Positions 27,073-39,294 of a stretch of 64,000 nucleotides of DNA are shown here, in pieces. The stretch's first letter is position 1, and the number at the start of each line of letters is the position of its first letter. Made by a program: the position numbers and the translations under genes. Origin of the DNA: Actinomycetota bacterium (GTDB lineage: Bacteria; Actinomycetota; JAHEXW01). The notes under the pieces were generated by a model. That model was not told the DNA's origin. It searched no databases and worked only from the letters and a program-made list of their open reading frames with translations. The stretch spans positions 538,851-602,850 of the forward strand of contig JBAZZW010000002.1 in assembly GCA_041658625.1 (NCBI GenBank), written 5' to 3'.

Positions 27073-27735
27073 TCACAGTCCGAAAAGCGACAGCAATCTC
27101 AGCGGCCAGGTCATAAAGAAAGTGGCCAAACCGTCCACAATCGGCAGAATAATCAAGTTGAAAAAGCCAGGTACCAAGAAGAACAGGCCGAAGATGATAA
27201 AGATGCCGAAAGGCTCGATGGACATGTAGCCCTTCAACCATTTGTCGGGCATATAAGCCTCGACCAGGCGACTGCCGTCCAAGGGCGGCAGCGGGATAAG
27301 GTTAAAAACGGCCAGCACGCAATTCACTATGACCATCCGCCCCATTATCATAACGATCGCTCCCGGCGCCCATGAGTATACGGCAGCCAGAATAATTCCG
27401 GAAACGAACGCGATGGCCAGGTTGGAAATCGGCCCGGCAATTCCGACCCAGAAGAAATCCCGCCGGCCCCGTTTGAAGAACATCGGATTGACCGGCACCG
27501 GCTTAGCGGCCGCGAATAAAATCGGGGACCCGGTCAGGATCAGTAAGATCGGCAAAAGGATTGAGCCGAAGGGATCCAAGTGCGGCAAGGGATTGAATGT
27601 CAACCGTCCGGCGTTGCGGGCCGTCGGATCGCCCATAAGCTCGGCGACGCGGCCGTGCGCGTATTCGTGGACTACCACGCCGACCAGAAGCGCCGGCAGA
27701 CTGTATAGCATGGCGGAAAGGCGCGTTAAATCCAC
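27073..27735 (-). CDS. site-2 protease family (M50) zinc metalloprotease
   Basis: 220 aa; HEYAH zinc-binding motif in a TM helix, polytopic. Confidence 0.8.
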   Translation of the reverse strand: MDLTRLSAMLYSLPALLVGVVVHEYAHGRVAELMGDPTARNAGRLTFNPLPHLDPFGSILLPILLILTGSPILFAAAKPVPVNPMFFKRGRRDFFWVGIAGPISNLAIAFVSGIILAAVYSWAPGAIVMIMGRMVIVNCVLAVFNLIPLPPLDGSRLVEAYMPDKWLKGYMSIEPFGIFIIFGLFFLVPGFFNLIILPIVDGLATFFMTWPLRLLSLFGL

Positions 27736-27736
27736 T

Positions 27737-29014
27737 CTACGCGTCCTTAAGAAGACTCGAGGCCATCTCCCGCTCAGCTTCGCGGGTGCTGACCTTGCCG
27801 TCCAACTGCGCTTTTAGAACCTCTTTCAGAACACCGGCGAACAAAGCAGAGGGCTGGTAGCCCATAGCCACCAGATCGTTCCCATTGATAAGCGGTTTAG
27901 TTTTTCGAATCTCCATGAACCGCTTGACGTTCCGCCTGACCTCCGCGCCATACATAGCGTAGACATAAACAAGCGTCTCATTGGTTTTTCCGTGCAGTTC
28001 TTCCCAGACGGCGCTGGCCGACAGGTCGGCGTTTTCTAGACGCCGGCACGCTTCCGGCGCCCAGGCCATAGCGGCCAGAATCTCTTTTTGGCGGGTTTGG
28101 CTTAAGTTGATAAGGCAACCGAAAGCCTCTGCTACATCTTTATCGGCCGGCGACAATAACGCTTTCAAAAAAGCGGCGCTCCTTTTGTAGACATGCGTAA
28201 GACCGGGTTTCAGTTCATTCTCAGCCTTAACGATCTCGCGGAACAGTTTCATCGTTCCCGTATCTGCGTGCAAGCCGGGCGCGAGCGCGTTCCAGACGCC
28301 GAATTCCTCGAGGCGTTCAACCGCGGCCGCGGCGTCCTTTTCGTCGAAAATAGCCATAATCTCGTTCCGGATGCGAGCCCCCGAGATCGTTCGTAGAAGG
28401 TCGTCCTCTACACCGGCTTTGACCAGCTTCTCCGTTTCCTTCGTCATCCGGAAACCGAACCTTTGCTCAAAGCGGACGGCGCGGAATATCCTGGTGGGAT
28501 CGTCAATGAAACTGCCGTGGTGAAGAACCCTGACGCGTTTCTTCTTGATGTCCTCGATACCTTCAAAATAGTCGAGCAACTCGCCGAAATTCCCTTTGTT
28601 TAAGGAAACGGCCATCGCGTTGATGCTGAAATCCCGGCGGTCCAAGTCGGCCTCGATGGGCCCGAACTCCACCTTCGGTAAAGCGCCGCCGGTCTCGTAA
28701 GTCTCGGTTCTGGCCGTGGCTACGTCGACGCGCCGCTTGCCCGGCAGCATCACCACAGACGTGCCGAAGCGATCGTGCATAACGACGTTGCCGTTTTTCC
28801 TGTCCGCCAGAAGGGCGGCGTAGGCCGGTCCATCGCCGTCGATGACCAAGTCGATATCCAGGTTCGGCCGGTCCATTAATAGGTCTCTGACGATTCCGCC
28901 GACCAGATAGACACGCACGCCGGCCTCTTCGGCCAGCGAACCAGATTCTTCAAGCAGTTCAAGGATTTCACGGGGCAACATGCCGCGGATGCGGTCGATT
29001 ATTTCCATAGACAA
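27737..29014 (-). CDS. cca: CCA tRNA nucleotidyltransferase / poly(A) polymerase-family protein
   Basis: 425 aa; RVYLVGGIVRDLLMDRPNLDIDLVIDGDG head-domain motif. Confidence 0.8.
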   Translation of the reverse strand: MSMEIIDRIRGMLPREILELLEESGSLAEEAGVRVYLVGGIVRDLLMDRPNLDIDLVIDGDGPAYAALLADRKNGNVVMHDRFGTSVVMLPGKRRVDVATARTETYETGGALPKVEFGPIEADLDRRDFSINAMAVSLNKGNFGELLDYFEGIEDIKKKRVRVLHHGSFIDDPTRIFRAVRFEQRFGFRMTKETEKLVKAGVEDDLLRTISGARIRNEIMAIFDEKDAAAAVERLEEFGVWNALAPGLHADTGTMKLFREIVKAENELKPGLTHVYKRSAAFLKALLSPADKDVAEAFGCLINLSQTRQKEILAAMAWAPEACRRLENADLSASAVWEELHGKTNETLVYVYAMYGAEVRRNVKRFMEIRKTKPLINGNDLVAMGYQPSALFAGVLKEVLKAQLDGKVSTREAEREMASSLLKDA

Positions 29015-29033
29015 CAGTTTAGCATTTAAGGGA

Positions 29034-30305
29034 TTAGGCGGGGGCGTTGACGGTTTCCAGGATGAGCGACCTGGGCTCCAAACGTTCCGGCCCGATCTCT
29101 ATAAAGAGGCTCAAGCCCTGGGCCGTCGCCTCCGCGCCGACCTGGGAATCGCTGAACGCGTAGGCGATTTGCTCGCCTTTCTTGACCTCGTCGCCAATTT
29201 TCTTTTCCAGCATCAGACCTTGGCTTCTCTTCGCCAGCCAGCCGATATGCTCGGTGTCCATGGAACGCACAAAGCCGTTCTCTCTGGCTGCTACGCCTTC
29301 GAATATAACCGGTGACGGCAGTCTGGCCGGTTCTTTTATCATTGCCGGATCGCCGCCTTGCGCTTGTACCATCTCCGCCAGCTTGGCCGTCGCTTTCCCG
29401 CTGGCAATCGCCTCATCTATTTGCGCAGACGCTTCTTCCTTGTTGTCGGCGTAGCCGGCTTTTATCAGCATCATCGAAACGATCTCGTGTGACAGTTTTG
29501 ACAAGTCGGCCGGTCCCCGACCGTTCAATGTCTGAATCGCCTCTCTGACTTCCAGAATACCCGTAACCGCGCGTCCGAGCGGCTGGCTCATATCGGTGAT
29601 CAGCGCCGATACGCCGCGGCCGGCCGCCGCGCCCAGTTTCACGCACAGCTCCGCCAACGCTCTTGCGTCTTCAGTCGACTTCATGAAAGCGCCGCTGCCG
29701 GCTTTGACGTCCAGAACTATGTAGTCCGCGCCGGCGGCGATTTTCTTACTCATCACGCTGGAGGCGATCAGGGGTAGGCTGGCAACGGTCTTTGTTTTGT
29801 CTCTCAAGGCGTAAATCTTCTTATCCGCCGGCGCCAGCGTTTCGCTCTGTCCCGTGATGGCGACCCCGATCTCGTTAATCTGGTCGATAAATCGCTCTCT
29901 GGTCAGCTCCACGGACAATCCCGGAATCGCCTCGAGTCTGTCCAATGTCCCTCCGGTATGTCCTAATGACCGGCCGCTCATTTTGGCCACTTTCAAACCG
30001 CACGCGGCCGCCAGCGGGGCCACAACAAGCGTTGTCTTGTCTCCGACGCCGCCCGTCGAATGCTTATCCACTTTGAACCCATCTATCCCGGACAGGTCGA
30101 CGGTCTCTCCCGACGCGACAAACGCGTGAGTCATCGCCAACGTTTCGTTGAAATCCATGCCTTTGGCAAAAACCGCTTTAAGCCAAGCTGTCATTTTCTC
30201 TTCGGAAATGATGTCCTTGGTGTATCCCAATACCACCCAGGCAATCTCTTTTGCCGTTAGCGCTTCCCCATTTATTTTCTTGTCGGTTATGTCGTCGATA
30301 TTCAC
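29034..30305 (-). CDS. pdp: pyrimidine-nucleoside (thymidine) phosphorylase
   Basis: 423 aa; HSTGGVGDKTTLVVAPL motif and length typical of the family. Confidence 0.85.
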   Translation of the reverse strand: MNIDDITDKKINGEALTAKEIAWVVLGYTKDIISEEKMTAWLKAVFAKGMDFNETLAMTHAFVASGETVDLSGIDGFKVDKHSTGGVGDKTTLVVAPLAAACGLKVAKMSGRSLGHTGGTLDRLEAIPGLSVELTRERFIDQINEIGVAITGQSETLAPADKKIYALRDKTKTVASLPLIASSVMSKKIAAGADYIVLDVKAGSGAFMKSTEDARALAELCVKLGAAAGRGVSALITDMSQPLGRAVTGILEVREAIQTLNGRGPADLSKLSHEIVSMMLIKAGYADNKEEASAQIDEAIASGKATAKLAEMVQAQGGDPAMIKEPARLPSPVIFEGVAARENGFVRSMDTEHIGWLAKRSQGLMLEKKIGDEVKKGEQIAYAFSDSQVGAEATAQGLSLFIEIGPERLEPRSLILETVNAPA

Positions 30306-30306
30306 T

Positions 30307-31512
30307 TTACGCCTCTTGTTCTATATATCTAATATCATTGTAGAAACTATTTCCCGCTACGGGCACCTTGAACCCCATCAGGTCTGAAATCGTCTTGCCG
30401 ACATCTGAGAAACTCGACCTTTCTCCCAAGGATACGCCCCTTCTTATGCCTTTTCCATAGACCATCAAAGGTACATATTCACGCGTATGATCTGTGCCAG
30501 GCATTGTCGGGTCGCAGCCGTGATCTGCGGTTATTATTAAGACGTCTGTTTGTCTCATCTCGCCCAGCAGTGTTTCCAGCATACTATCCGCCTCAAGTAA
30601 ACCTTTAGCATACCCCTCTACGTCGTTGCGGTGGCCCCAGACCGTGTCGAATTCTCCGAGTATGGTGAACACTATCCCCGGCTCCCCCTCCTTCAACAAT
30701 AAACCGGTTTGAGTAAACGCGTCGGCGTTGTTCTTGGTCTTAACCGCCTCAGTGATCCCGCGTCCGCTAAAAACGTCCCAGACCTTGCCGACCGACCACA
30801 CCTTGACGCCTGCTTCCTTGGCATAGTCCAAAACCATTTTCTCCGTCGGGGCCAAACCAAAATCCTTGCGCCTTTCCGTCCTGACGAAATGCCCTTGCTT
30901 GCCCTTAAACGGCCTCGCGATGACCCGGTCGACGCCCAACGATCCTGTTAGAATGTTCCGTGCCGTAAGGCACATCTCATATAACCGCGGCACAGGAACG
31001 ACGTCTTCGTGAGCCGCAATCTGCCAGACGCTGTCGGCCGATGTATAGACGATCGGAGAGCCGGTCGCCATATGCTCCGCGCCCAGTTCTTCGATGATTT
31101 CGGTGCCGCTGGCCGCTTTGTTTCCCAAAACGGGACAACCGATGCGGCGTTCGAACTCGGCCACGACTTCAGCTGGGAATCCGGCCGGAAAAACTGGAAA
31201 CGGATTCTCCGTAACCAAGCCCATCATCTCCCAAAGGCCGACCGTCGTGTCCTTGCCGTGAGACCGTTCGGCCATTTTCCCGAAACAACCCAAAGGTGCC
31301 TTGACCGGCGGGACTCCTTTGATATCGGTGATTAAGCCGAAACCAAGCTTTGTCAGCGCCGGCAGCCTTAAGCCCCCGACGGCCGCGGCTATGTTGGCGA
31401 TCGTATTGGCGCCGACGTCTCCGTATGCCGCCGCGTCGGGCAAAGCGCCGACGCCGAGACTATCGAAAACCAGGATTATTACTCGTGAAATAGGAGTCTT
31501 TTCTTCCCCCAT
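30307..31512 (-). CDS. deoB: phosphopentomutase
   Basis: 401 aa; alkaline-phosphatase-superfamily motifs (VLIITADHGCDPT). Confidence 0.85.
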   Translation of the reverse strand: MGEEKTPISRVIILVFDSLGVGALPDAAAYGDVGANTIANIAAAVGGLRLPALTKLGFGLITDIKGVPPVKAPLGCFGKMAERSHGKDTTVGLWEMMGLVTENPFPVFPAGFPAEVVAEFERRIGCPVLGNKAASGTEIIEELGAEHMATGSPIVYTSADSVWQIAAHEDVVPVPRLYEMCLTARNILTGSLGVDRVIARPFKGKQGHFVRTERRKDFGLAPTEKMVLDYAKEAGVKVWSVGKVWDVFSGRGITEAVKTKNNADAFTQTGLLLKEGEPGIVFTILGEFDTVWGHRNDVEGYAKGLLEADSMLETLLGEMRQTDVLIITADHGCDPTMPGTDHTREYVPLMVYGKGIRRGVSLGERSSFSDVGKTISDLMGFKVPVAGNSFYNDIRYIEQEA

Positions 31513-31516
31513 TCCC

Positions 31517-32482
31517 CTATTCCCTTCTTCCCTTGATGTTTGCTCTTGGATGCGTGCTCATGTATTCCTCTTTCAGGTGATCCTTGGCCACGTGCGTATA
31601 GACCTGCGTCGTCGAGATCGAGGCGTGGCCTAACATCTCCTGAACCGCGCGCAGGTCGGCGCCTCCTTTAAGCAGATGCGTAGCGAAACTGTGTCGCAGC
31701 GTATGTGGCGTCAACTCCGGAAACCCGGCTTTGCCTCCCTGATTCTTTATCGTCTTCCACATTGTCTGGCGGCTCAAGCCGCGCCCTTGTCTGTTCAGAA
31801 ACAGATGATCGTCGCGAGTCTTTCCGACGAGTTTTGGACGGCCGCTCATCAGGTATTTCTGCACCGCTCTGACCGCCGTTCCGCCGACCGGAACCAGACG
31901 TTCTTTTGAACCTTTGCCGAATACCCTCACGAACCCCTCTTCCGAGTCCAGGTCGCCCATTGTCAAGCCCGCCGCCTCGGAAACGCGTAAGCCGCTCGCG
32001 TACATAAGCTCCAGGATGGCCTTATCTCGCCAGCCCCGTGGCGTTTCCGGAAAGTCTCCGTCAAGCAGCTTGGCCACGTCCTCTATTGATAAAACCCTTG
32101 GCAGACGTTGGCTTTTTTTAACGTTAGCCACCGTTGCCATCGGATCGTTTGTTTGATAACCCTCTCTGACCAGGAACTTGAATAAGCCTCGGATAGCCGC
32201 GTGAGCCCTTCCGACCGACGCGGCGTTTAACGGAGTCCCTTCGGCCGTAAACGCTCCGTCGGCTAGTTCCCGGGAGTAGTCCAGGATATGCGTCTTAGTC
32301 ACGTCCGAGAAATCGGTTATGCCCGCGCGCCCCAACCAGCGCATGAAGTTATTCAAATCAAGGGCATACGCTGAGGCCGTATTCTTGGCCAGACCTTTCT
32401 CCACCGAAAGAAAATTAAGGTACTCTCCGGCTTGGGCGGCCAGCTCCGGCGGGACCGGCAATTCTTTATTTCTCCCGTCCAC
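31517..32482 (-). CDS. xerD: site-specific tyrosine recombinase XerD
   Basis: 321 aa; C-terminal HTLRHSFATHLL...LGHASISTTQVYTHV with catalytic Tyr; downstream of NUDIX gene as in Actinobacteria. Confidence 0.85.
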   Translation of the reverse strand: MDGRNKELPVPPELAAQAGEYLNFLSVEKGLAKNTASAYALDLNNFMRWLGRAGITDFSDVTKTHILDYSRELADGAFTAEGTPLNAASVGRAHAAIRGLFKFLVREGYQTNDPMATVANVKKSQRLPRVLSIEDVAKLLDGDFPETPRGWRDKAILELMYASGLRVSEAAGLTMGDLDSEEGFVRVFGKGSKERLVPVGGTAVRAVQKYLMSGRPKLVGKTRDDHLFLNRQGRGLSRQTMWKTIKNQGGKAGFPELTPHTLRHSFATHLLKGGADLRAVQEMLGHASISTTQVYTHVAKDHLKEEYMSTHPRANIKGRRE

Positions 32483-33020
32483 TTCCGCCGGCCTCCAGAT
32501 AAATCTTGATCATCCCGATGGCGGCTATTGTCTTGCCGTCCTCTATTCTGCCATCGTCGATCATTTTAATCGCTTCGGCCACGGTGACATCTACCGTACC
32601 GACGATTTCTTCCTCCGGTTCGTCCGCTACTTCAACAGACAGATCCTCGGCGGCATAGAGATGGAAAATCTCGTTGCTGTAGCCCGGAGAGGTGAAAAAC
32701 GACGATATCGGGATCAGGCGGCCAGGGGCTTGACCGGTTTCTTCGATAAGCTCGCGCCGGGCGCAATCCTCAGGAGTTTCACCCGGGTCGAGTTTGCCGG
32801 CCGGTATCTCCAACAGCATCTTGTCGACGGCGTGACGGTACTGCTCGACCAGGATAATCTTATTGTCATCTGTCACGGGGATGATTCCGACCGCGCCGCC
32901 GTGCGTAATCACCTCGCGCTCGACGATTTTGCCTGACGGCATCCTTACCTCGTCGACCCTTACTTTAAGAACTTCCCCGTTGAATACCGATTTAGACCCA
33001 ATAACCTCATAATCGTTCAA
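32466..33020 (-). CDS. NUDIX hydrolase (ADP-ribose pyrophosphatase-like)
   Basis: 184 aa; Nudix box GKLDPGETPEDCARRELIEETG. Confidence 0.8.
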   Translation of the reverse strand: MNDYEVIGSKSVFNGEVLKVRVDEVRMPSGKIVEREVITHGGAVGIIPVTDDNKIILVEQYRHAVDKMLLEIPAGKLDPGETPEDCARRELIEETGQAPGRLIPISSFFTSPGYSNEIFHLYAAEDLSVEVADEPEEEIVGTVDVTVAEAIKMIDDGRIEDGKTIAAIGMIKIYLEAGGSGREK

Positions 33021-33043
33021 AGTATACTCTCCGCTCTCTGGTC

Positions 33044-34132
33044 TTAGCTCTTAGCTCTTTTGATCATCTTCGCAGCGACATATCCCGCGGCGCCGGCCGC
33101 CCGGAAAAATTCAGGCTCTTCTTTAAACCCTCGCTTCATGGTCGATGGCTTCAGGTCGAACATGTCCAACGCTTCCTCGGTATTGTCGCCCGCAATTATG
33201 GCAATCCTGTGTTTAGCGGCCAGCCCCGACATATTCATTTTCATCATGACCGCTTCGTGTTTGGAAGTGTCCATCCTGGGAATCGGGACATCGCAGGTTA
33301 CCAGCGCCGCCAGCCCTAACGCGGCCACCGTTTGATCGCTAAGCCCTTGATGGCGGGCTCTTTTATCGGCAAAGTTGAGGCGCGGAATAGCGATCGGCCG
33401 GCCGCGCATCGCGGCCACCGCATTGACTATCTCGCCCTGTTCTATCCCTGAAAAACCCAAAAAGGTCTCTGTGCCCGCCACGCCGACGCCCATCGTCACA
33501 ATGGCCGCCTCCGCTCCGCCTATCGCCTTGGCGGCCGCCAGGCCGCTGAAGACGTTTACGGCCTCCAGGTCGCCGCCGAAGGCTTGTCCCGTTGTGACCG
33601 TAATATCGATCAGTTCTTTCCGTTTCAGATGCCGAACCTGTTCGCTCAAAGCCATCGGCAGAGCCGCGCGGTCAGTCATTATATAGGCGAGTTTTTTATT
33701 CATGCCCGCCTGTTTCTTGAAAACCGCGGCTGCCGGGCCGAGCTGGCTGTGGAGCGTACCGACTATTACCGGCATACCAAAAAGGTCTTTGAAATCGCGC
33801 AGCTTATCCATGTTGCCGGCGGTTTGTTCCTCAGCCGCCAGGACGTTTAACTGAAGGGGCGAGTAACGGAGCTTCATGATATGCCCGTCGGCAGGCAGGT
33901 CCAGGTCGCCATGCTTTAGGTTCCACACTACGAAATGCCAACCGCCGCTCCCCAGGGCAAGTTCGCCGGCGGTTGTATTTATGATAACCTCGTCGCCGGC
34001 GGCGACCGGTCCGGTAAGATCGGGATAGGCGATAGCTTTAGCCTCCTCGCCTGACGTCTCCACGACAAGTCTGATTATGCCTTTTTCGTCCGCGAGGATA
34101 TTCTTCACTGTCGCTTTGCGGTAAGAGGCCAT
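33044..34132 (-). CDS. conserved hypothetical protein (possibly DUF3866-like)
   Basis: 362 aa; continuous ORF, no motif I can name confidently. Confidence 0.5.
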   Translation of the reverse strand: MASYRKATVKNILADEKGIIRLVVETSGEEAKAIAYPDLTGPVAAGDEVIINTTAGELALGSGGWHFVVWNLKHGDLDLPADGHIMKLRYSPLQLNVLAAEEQTAGNMDKLRDFKDLFGMPVIVGTLHSQLGPAAAVFKKQAGMNKKLAYIMTDRAALPMALSEQVRHLKRKELIDITVTTGQAFGGDLEAVNVFSGLAAAKAIGGAEAAIVTMGVGVAGTETFLGFSGIEQGEIVNAVAAMRGRPIAIPRLNFADKRARHQGLSDQTVAALGLAALVTCDVPIPRMDTSKHEAVMMKMNMSGLAAKHRIAIIAGDNTEEALDMFDLKPSTMKRGFKEEPEFFRAAGAAGYVAAKMIKRAKS

Positions 34133-35091
34133 TATCTCAACTCCAGGTTGGCGCTCCGGATTGACAGCTTGGGCGCGTTCGCTCCCTTGCCCGTCAACAA
34201 GCCCTTATCCAGCTGAGTATAGTACATCCGCATCTTGCCCAGGCTGACCAGGACCACGTCCGGATCCAACACCATGATGGCTCCTTTGTCCGCGGATACC
34301 CGAGCGCCCTTTTCCACTTCCCAATCATATCCGTTGGTGCTGCGCGCGCTTATGATGACCGCGCCGGTCAGCTTCTCTTCCGATTCCGATTTTACAAAAT
34401 ACATCCTGAACACGCCATCAGACATGACGATGACGCTGGGGTCCAGGCAGGCGTTTGGAAGACCGCTTAGCGTCCGTTTGCGCCAACTCTCGCCTTCGTC
34501 ATCGGAAACCGCCAGTTTGATCGTGTCACCGTCCGAGTAATACATGTACCAGCTGCTGCCTCGCGGCTTTACGACGTCGGGCGTCGCGGCGATCTTCTGG
34601 TCAAAACGGTTGGTATCCTGCAGCCGGACGCCCTTTTCCTTCTTCCAGGTCGATCCGTCCGTGCTCACGGCGCTGAAGATGGCAAAGTTTTTCTGGGTGG
34701 CGTCGCTGCCTTCGTAAAGCATTCTGTAGCCGCCTTCTTTCAGTTTAATTATCGCGGGATTGTCGACCAACCTTTGGTCCTTGCTTTTCTTATTGGGATT
34801 TATCCTGACGCCCTCTTCTTTGCTCCACTTCAATCCATCCTGAGAAATGGCGCTTACTATCCCTTCCTCGACGGCGTAATACATTCGCCAACTGGCGTCT
34901 GGCAACCTGACGACGTCCGGAGAGATACCGACGTCTATACGGGCGCTTTCTTCCTTAGCCCAAACCTCTTCAGGCTCAGGGAAGGTTGTCTCGGCTTGCT
35001 TTAAGCCGAACTGGTAACCCGTATAGAAGAAAACGGAGAAGAGGACAACAGCCGAGGCTGCGACGGTCAGTTTAACCTTGTTGATTTTCAT
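34132..35091 (-). CDS. signal-anchored protein with BNR/Asp-box repeats (beta-propeller, sialidase/glycosidase-like)
   Basis: 319 aa; N-terminal TM/signal; repeated S-x-D-x-G-x-x-W motifs (SQDGLKWS, STDGSTWK, SDDEGESWR, STNGYDWE). Confidence 0.55.
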   Translation of the reverse strand: MKINKVKLTVAASAVVLFSVFFYTGYQFGLKQAETTFPEPEEVWAKEESARIDVGISPDVVRLPDASWRMYYAVEEGIVSAISQDGLKWSKEEGVRINPNKKSKDQRLVDNPAIIKLKEGGYRMLYEGSDATQKNFAIFSAVSTDGSTWKKEKGVRLQDTNRFDQKIAATPDVVKPRGSSWYMYYSDGDTIKLAVSDDEGESWRKRTLSGLPNACLDPSVIVMSDGVFRMYFVKSESEEKLTGAVIISARSTNGYDWEVEKGARVSADKGAIMVLDPDVVLVSLGKMRMYYTQLDKGLLTGKGANAPKLSIRSANLELR

Positions 35092-36717
<1,626 letters not shown>

Positions 36718-36964
36718 TCACCCTTCTGACCCCATTAAGGCCACAAACGGTTTTTTACATTATAGCCATAATTAGCTCTTAAATGTAGACATTTATTGCG
36801 TCATCCTGGGCTCGCGTCATGCGAACAGTCATCTTGGGGCTGCGGTTTGCAGCCGCAAGAACTAAGACGCTACTTACTTTACCAACTAAACTCGTGCCCT
36901 GTAGGACAGAAACATAATTCAGCTAAAATCGTGCATGGTGGATCGCTTTAACAAGAGATGCGTC

Positions 36965-37750
36965 TTATATTCGGCGGCCGGCTTCGTCGAGGCGTTTCAG
37001 AAAAGGCGTCGCCTCGATCACTTTGGAGAAAGACCAGCGTTCGCTAGCTAGGTTTAGGGCGACCAGAAGAACCGCCAGCGCGATCTTGAGCAAAGGCCCA
37101 GCCATCACCATCAGAATGAAACCTATAGAGGCGCCAAGTACGTTCGATCCGGCGTCGCCAAGCATATACCTTTCACGCAGGTCTCCGGCGAACAACCCGG
37201 CAGCTATGGCGACGAGCGGCATAGAAAACGGCCAGATAACAGTCTTTGACGCGTAAATGCCCCAGCCCGCCAAGGGCAATAAAGAGGTGAAGTACCCTTT
37301 AAAAGCACGTCCAGGACGCAGGTCCAACAAGTTGAAAACGTTTATTGCCAAGGCGACGACAAGGCCGTTCAATATAACCTCGGGCAGAGTTGGCTGGGTT
37401 GGCACCCACCAGCCGACCGCCAGACCGGCCAAGCCGCCGCCCACGGCTTTTATCAAACCGGTCGTGACGCGTCCTTTAAACAGTGCTGCTATATGGCCCT
37501 TGAAGCCCCTAGCCTGGCCGCCTCCGATTACGTCGTCAAGCAGCCCCAACAGACAGACGAAGACCACCAATCCGTAATAAGCCACCCACATCCGGTTATC
37601 TATGTTCTCGAAGTTTGTTATTCCGGACCATCCAAGGTCTGACAGGTTTATCAATAATGGTATGAATAAAAGAATCCCCGGAATGAAGACCACGCCTAGA
37701 CTTGTCGGAATAAGGCGGCCTTTGTAGTTCTCTTTTGTCGGCCAAAACAT
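36965..37750 (-). CDS. polytopic membrane protein (MraY/WecA-like fragment or related; tentative)
   Basis: 261 aa; many TM helices; NVFNLLDL resembles a glycosyl-phosphate transferase motif. Confidence 0.4.
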   Translation of the reverse strand: MFWPTKENYKGRLIPTSLGVVFIPGILLFIPLLINLSDLGWSGITNFENIDNRMWVAYYGLVVFVCLLGLLDDVIGGGQARGFKGHIAALFKGRVTTGLIKAVGGGLAGLAVGWWVPTQPTLPEVILNGLVVALAINVFNLLDLRPGRAFKGYFTSLLPLAGWGIYASKTVIWPFSMPLVAIAAGLFAGDLRERYMLGDAGSNVLGASIGFILMVMAGPLLKIALAVLLVALNLASERWSFSKVIEATPFLKRLDEAGRRI

Positions 37751-38416
37751 CTATTTTCTCCCCCTCAGGGCGACCTTGAGGATGGCAAGAAACTGCCGGC
37801 CGCGATGTATGAAGCCCCGGACGTTGCGATAAGTATAGCTATGCGCGAAGGCCGCCGGCACTTCCTTTACTTTTAAGCCCGACCGTAAAACATCGACGGT
37901 CATAGCCGTCTCCAGGCCGTAACCCTGGGCGAATGGATACGCCGCCTTGAAAGCCTTTTCATTCAAAGCCCGCTGTCCGCTAAGAGGCGCTTCCGCCTCG
38001 GATCCCGTCTTGCTCTTTATGACCCGCCTGGCCAACCCGAGCGCCAGTCCGAAGCCGCCGGTGCCCTCTTTCTTAGGCAGCACGGCCACGGTCATGTCCG
38101 TCTGTCCGCTGAGAATGGGGTCAAGCAGTTTGCCGGCCTCGGACGCGGTTTTTCCGGTATCACCGTCTATCAACAAGATCACGTCGAAGGGTACGCCGCC
38201 GCTTAGCGCTTTGTTGACGGCGCCGCCTTTTCCCAGATTGCGGCTCAACCGGACGACGTCGGCCCCGGCCGTTTCGGCAGCGTTCGCGGTGTCGTCCGTT
38301 GAAGCGTCGTCGACCACGATAACATTATTTATGCCGGGGACGGCGCGCAGAGCTTGAACCGTGGCGCCGATCCGGTCCGCCTCATTGTAAGCGGGTACGA
38401 GGGCAACGGTTTTCAC
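37751..38416 (-). CDS. family 2 glycosyltransferase (dolichyl/polyprenyl-phosphate sugar transferase-like)
   Basis: 221 aa; VALVPAYNEADRIGATV...VIVVDDASTDDT GT-A motifs. Confidence 0.8.
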   Translation of the reverse strand: MKTVALVPAYNEADRIGATVQALRAVPGINNVIVVDDASTDDTANAAETAGADVVRLSRNLGKGGAVNKALSGGVPFDVILLIDGDTGKTASEAGKLLDPILSGQTDMTVAVLPKKEGTGGFGLALGLARRVIKSKTGSEAEAPLSGQRALNEKAFKAAYPFAQGYGLETAMTVDVLRSGLKVKEVPAAFAHSYTYRNVRGFIHRGRQFLAILKVALRGRK

Positions 38417-39285
38417 TACTGGTTTTTGGTCGGTTCCGGCATCAGCGTGTCGGCGGTCGCCTTCTCGCCGAAATCGCCTGCTTGTCCGGCCAGGATGTAA
38501 ACGACAGCTATCTGGCCTGACGCTTTATCTATATTGTCAACCGTGTTTATGTTTAACCCCTGATACGTCTTCATATATGAGGTTTTGACATTCGACGTCT
38601 CGACGCCGGCCAGGGTAACCGGCAATTGCTTTAACGTTTTGATAATTTGCTCGTCCAGTTGTTCCGGAGGCAGATTCTTGCCGCCGTTTTGCGAGCCGCC
38701 GATGACGATAACCGCTTGCACGGTCTTATCGAAGGTGCCGCTGGTCTGCATAAAGCCCGCATCGACAAGATCGTTAATCCCCTTCGGGTTCAGTCCGTCG
38801 GCAATCCAGCGGGCTGTTTCCTCCAGCGCCTTATTCCGCGTCGCGGCCTGGCCTTGGGGGTTACCGCCGACGATGGCGGCAACCTTCTCCGCCGTGTTCT
38901 TGTTGTCCAAACCAAGCTTGCCGGAGAAAGTGGTCACCGATTGCTGCGTCGCGCCGGCCTGTTCCAAAGAAGCCTTTAGGTTCTTCAACGTCGTAGCGTC
39001 GACATCACCCGTTACGATGACTGCAACATTTTGTTGAGCCAGTTTGCCTTCGGTAAGAAGCGCGATGGCCCCTTCCTGAAATCTCGTCGCTACCGCCAGC
39101 TGACTGTTTAATTCGGCATTCGACGAGCGGAGTTTCTCGAAATCCTTTTCCATGGTGGCGATCAAAGCACGCTCCTGCTCGCTGACGACGCCGCGCTCGG
39201 CGCTCATTGAGCCCATGACGACGCCTATGCCCAGGGCCAGAAAAACGGCCACCAGCGATACGATATGGTATTTGAAATCGAACAT
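38416..39285 (-). CDS. SteB/MctB-like protein (actinobacterial copper-transporter/DUF3186 family)
   Basis: 289 aa; N-terminus MFDFKYHIVSLVAVFLALGIGVVMGS typical of this family; directly downstream of steA-like gene. Confidence 0.55.
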   Translation of the reverse strand: MFDFKYHIVSLVAVFLALGIGVVMGSMSAERGVVSEQERALIATMEKDFEKLRSSNAELNSQLAVATRFQEGAIALLTEGKLAQQNVAVIVTGDVDATTLKNLKASLEQAGATQQSVTTFSGKLGLDNKNTAEKVAAIVGGNPQGQAATRNKALEETARWIADGLNPKGINDLVDAGFMQTSGTFDKTVQAVIVIGGSQNGGKNLPPEQLDEQIIKTLKQLPVTLAGVETSNVKTSYMKTYQGLNINTVDNIDKASGQIAVVYILAGQAGDFGEKATADTLMPEPTKNQ

Positions 39286-39294
39286 TATGTCCTC

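Noticed and set aside
36718-36964. pyrG leader region hairpin (GCGGTTTGCAGCCGC) as an attenuator
   Set aside because: Short stem, no clear U-tract or conserved leader motif recognised by eye; insufficient evidence.
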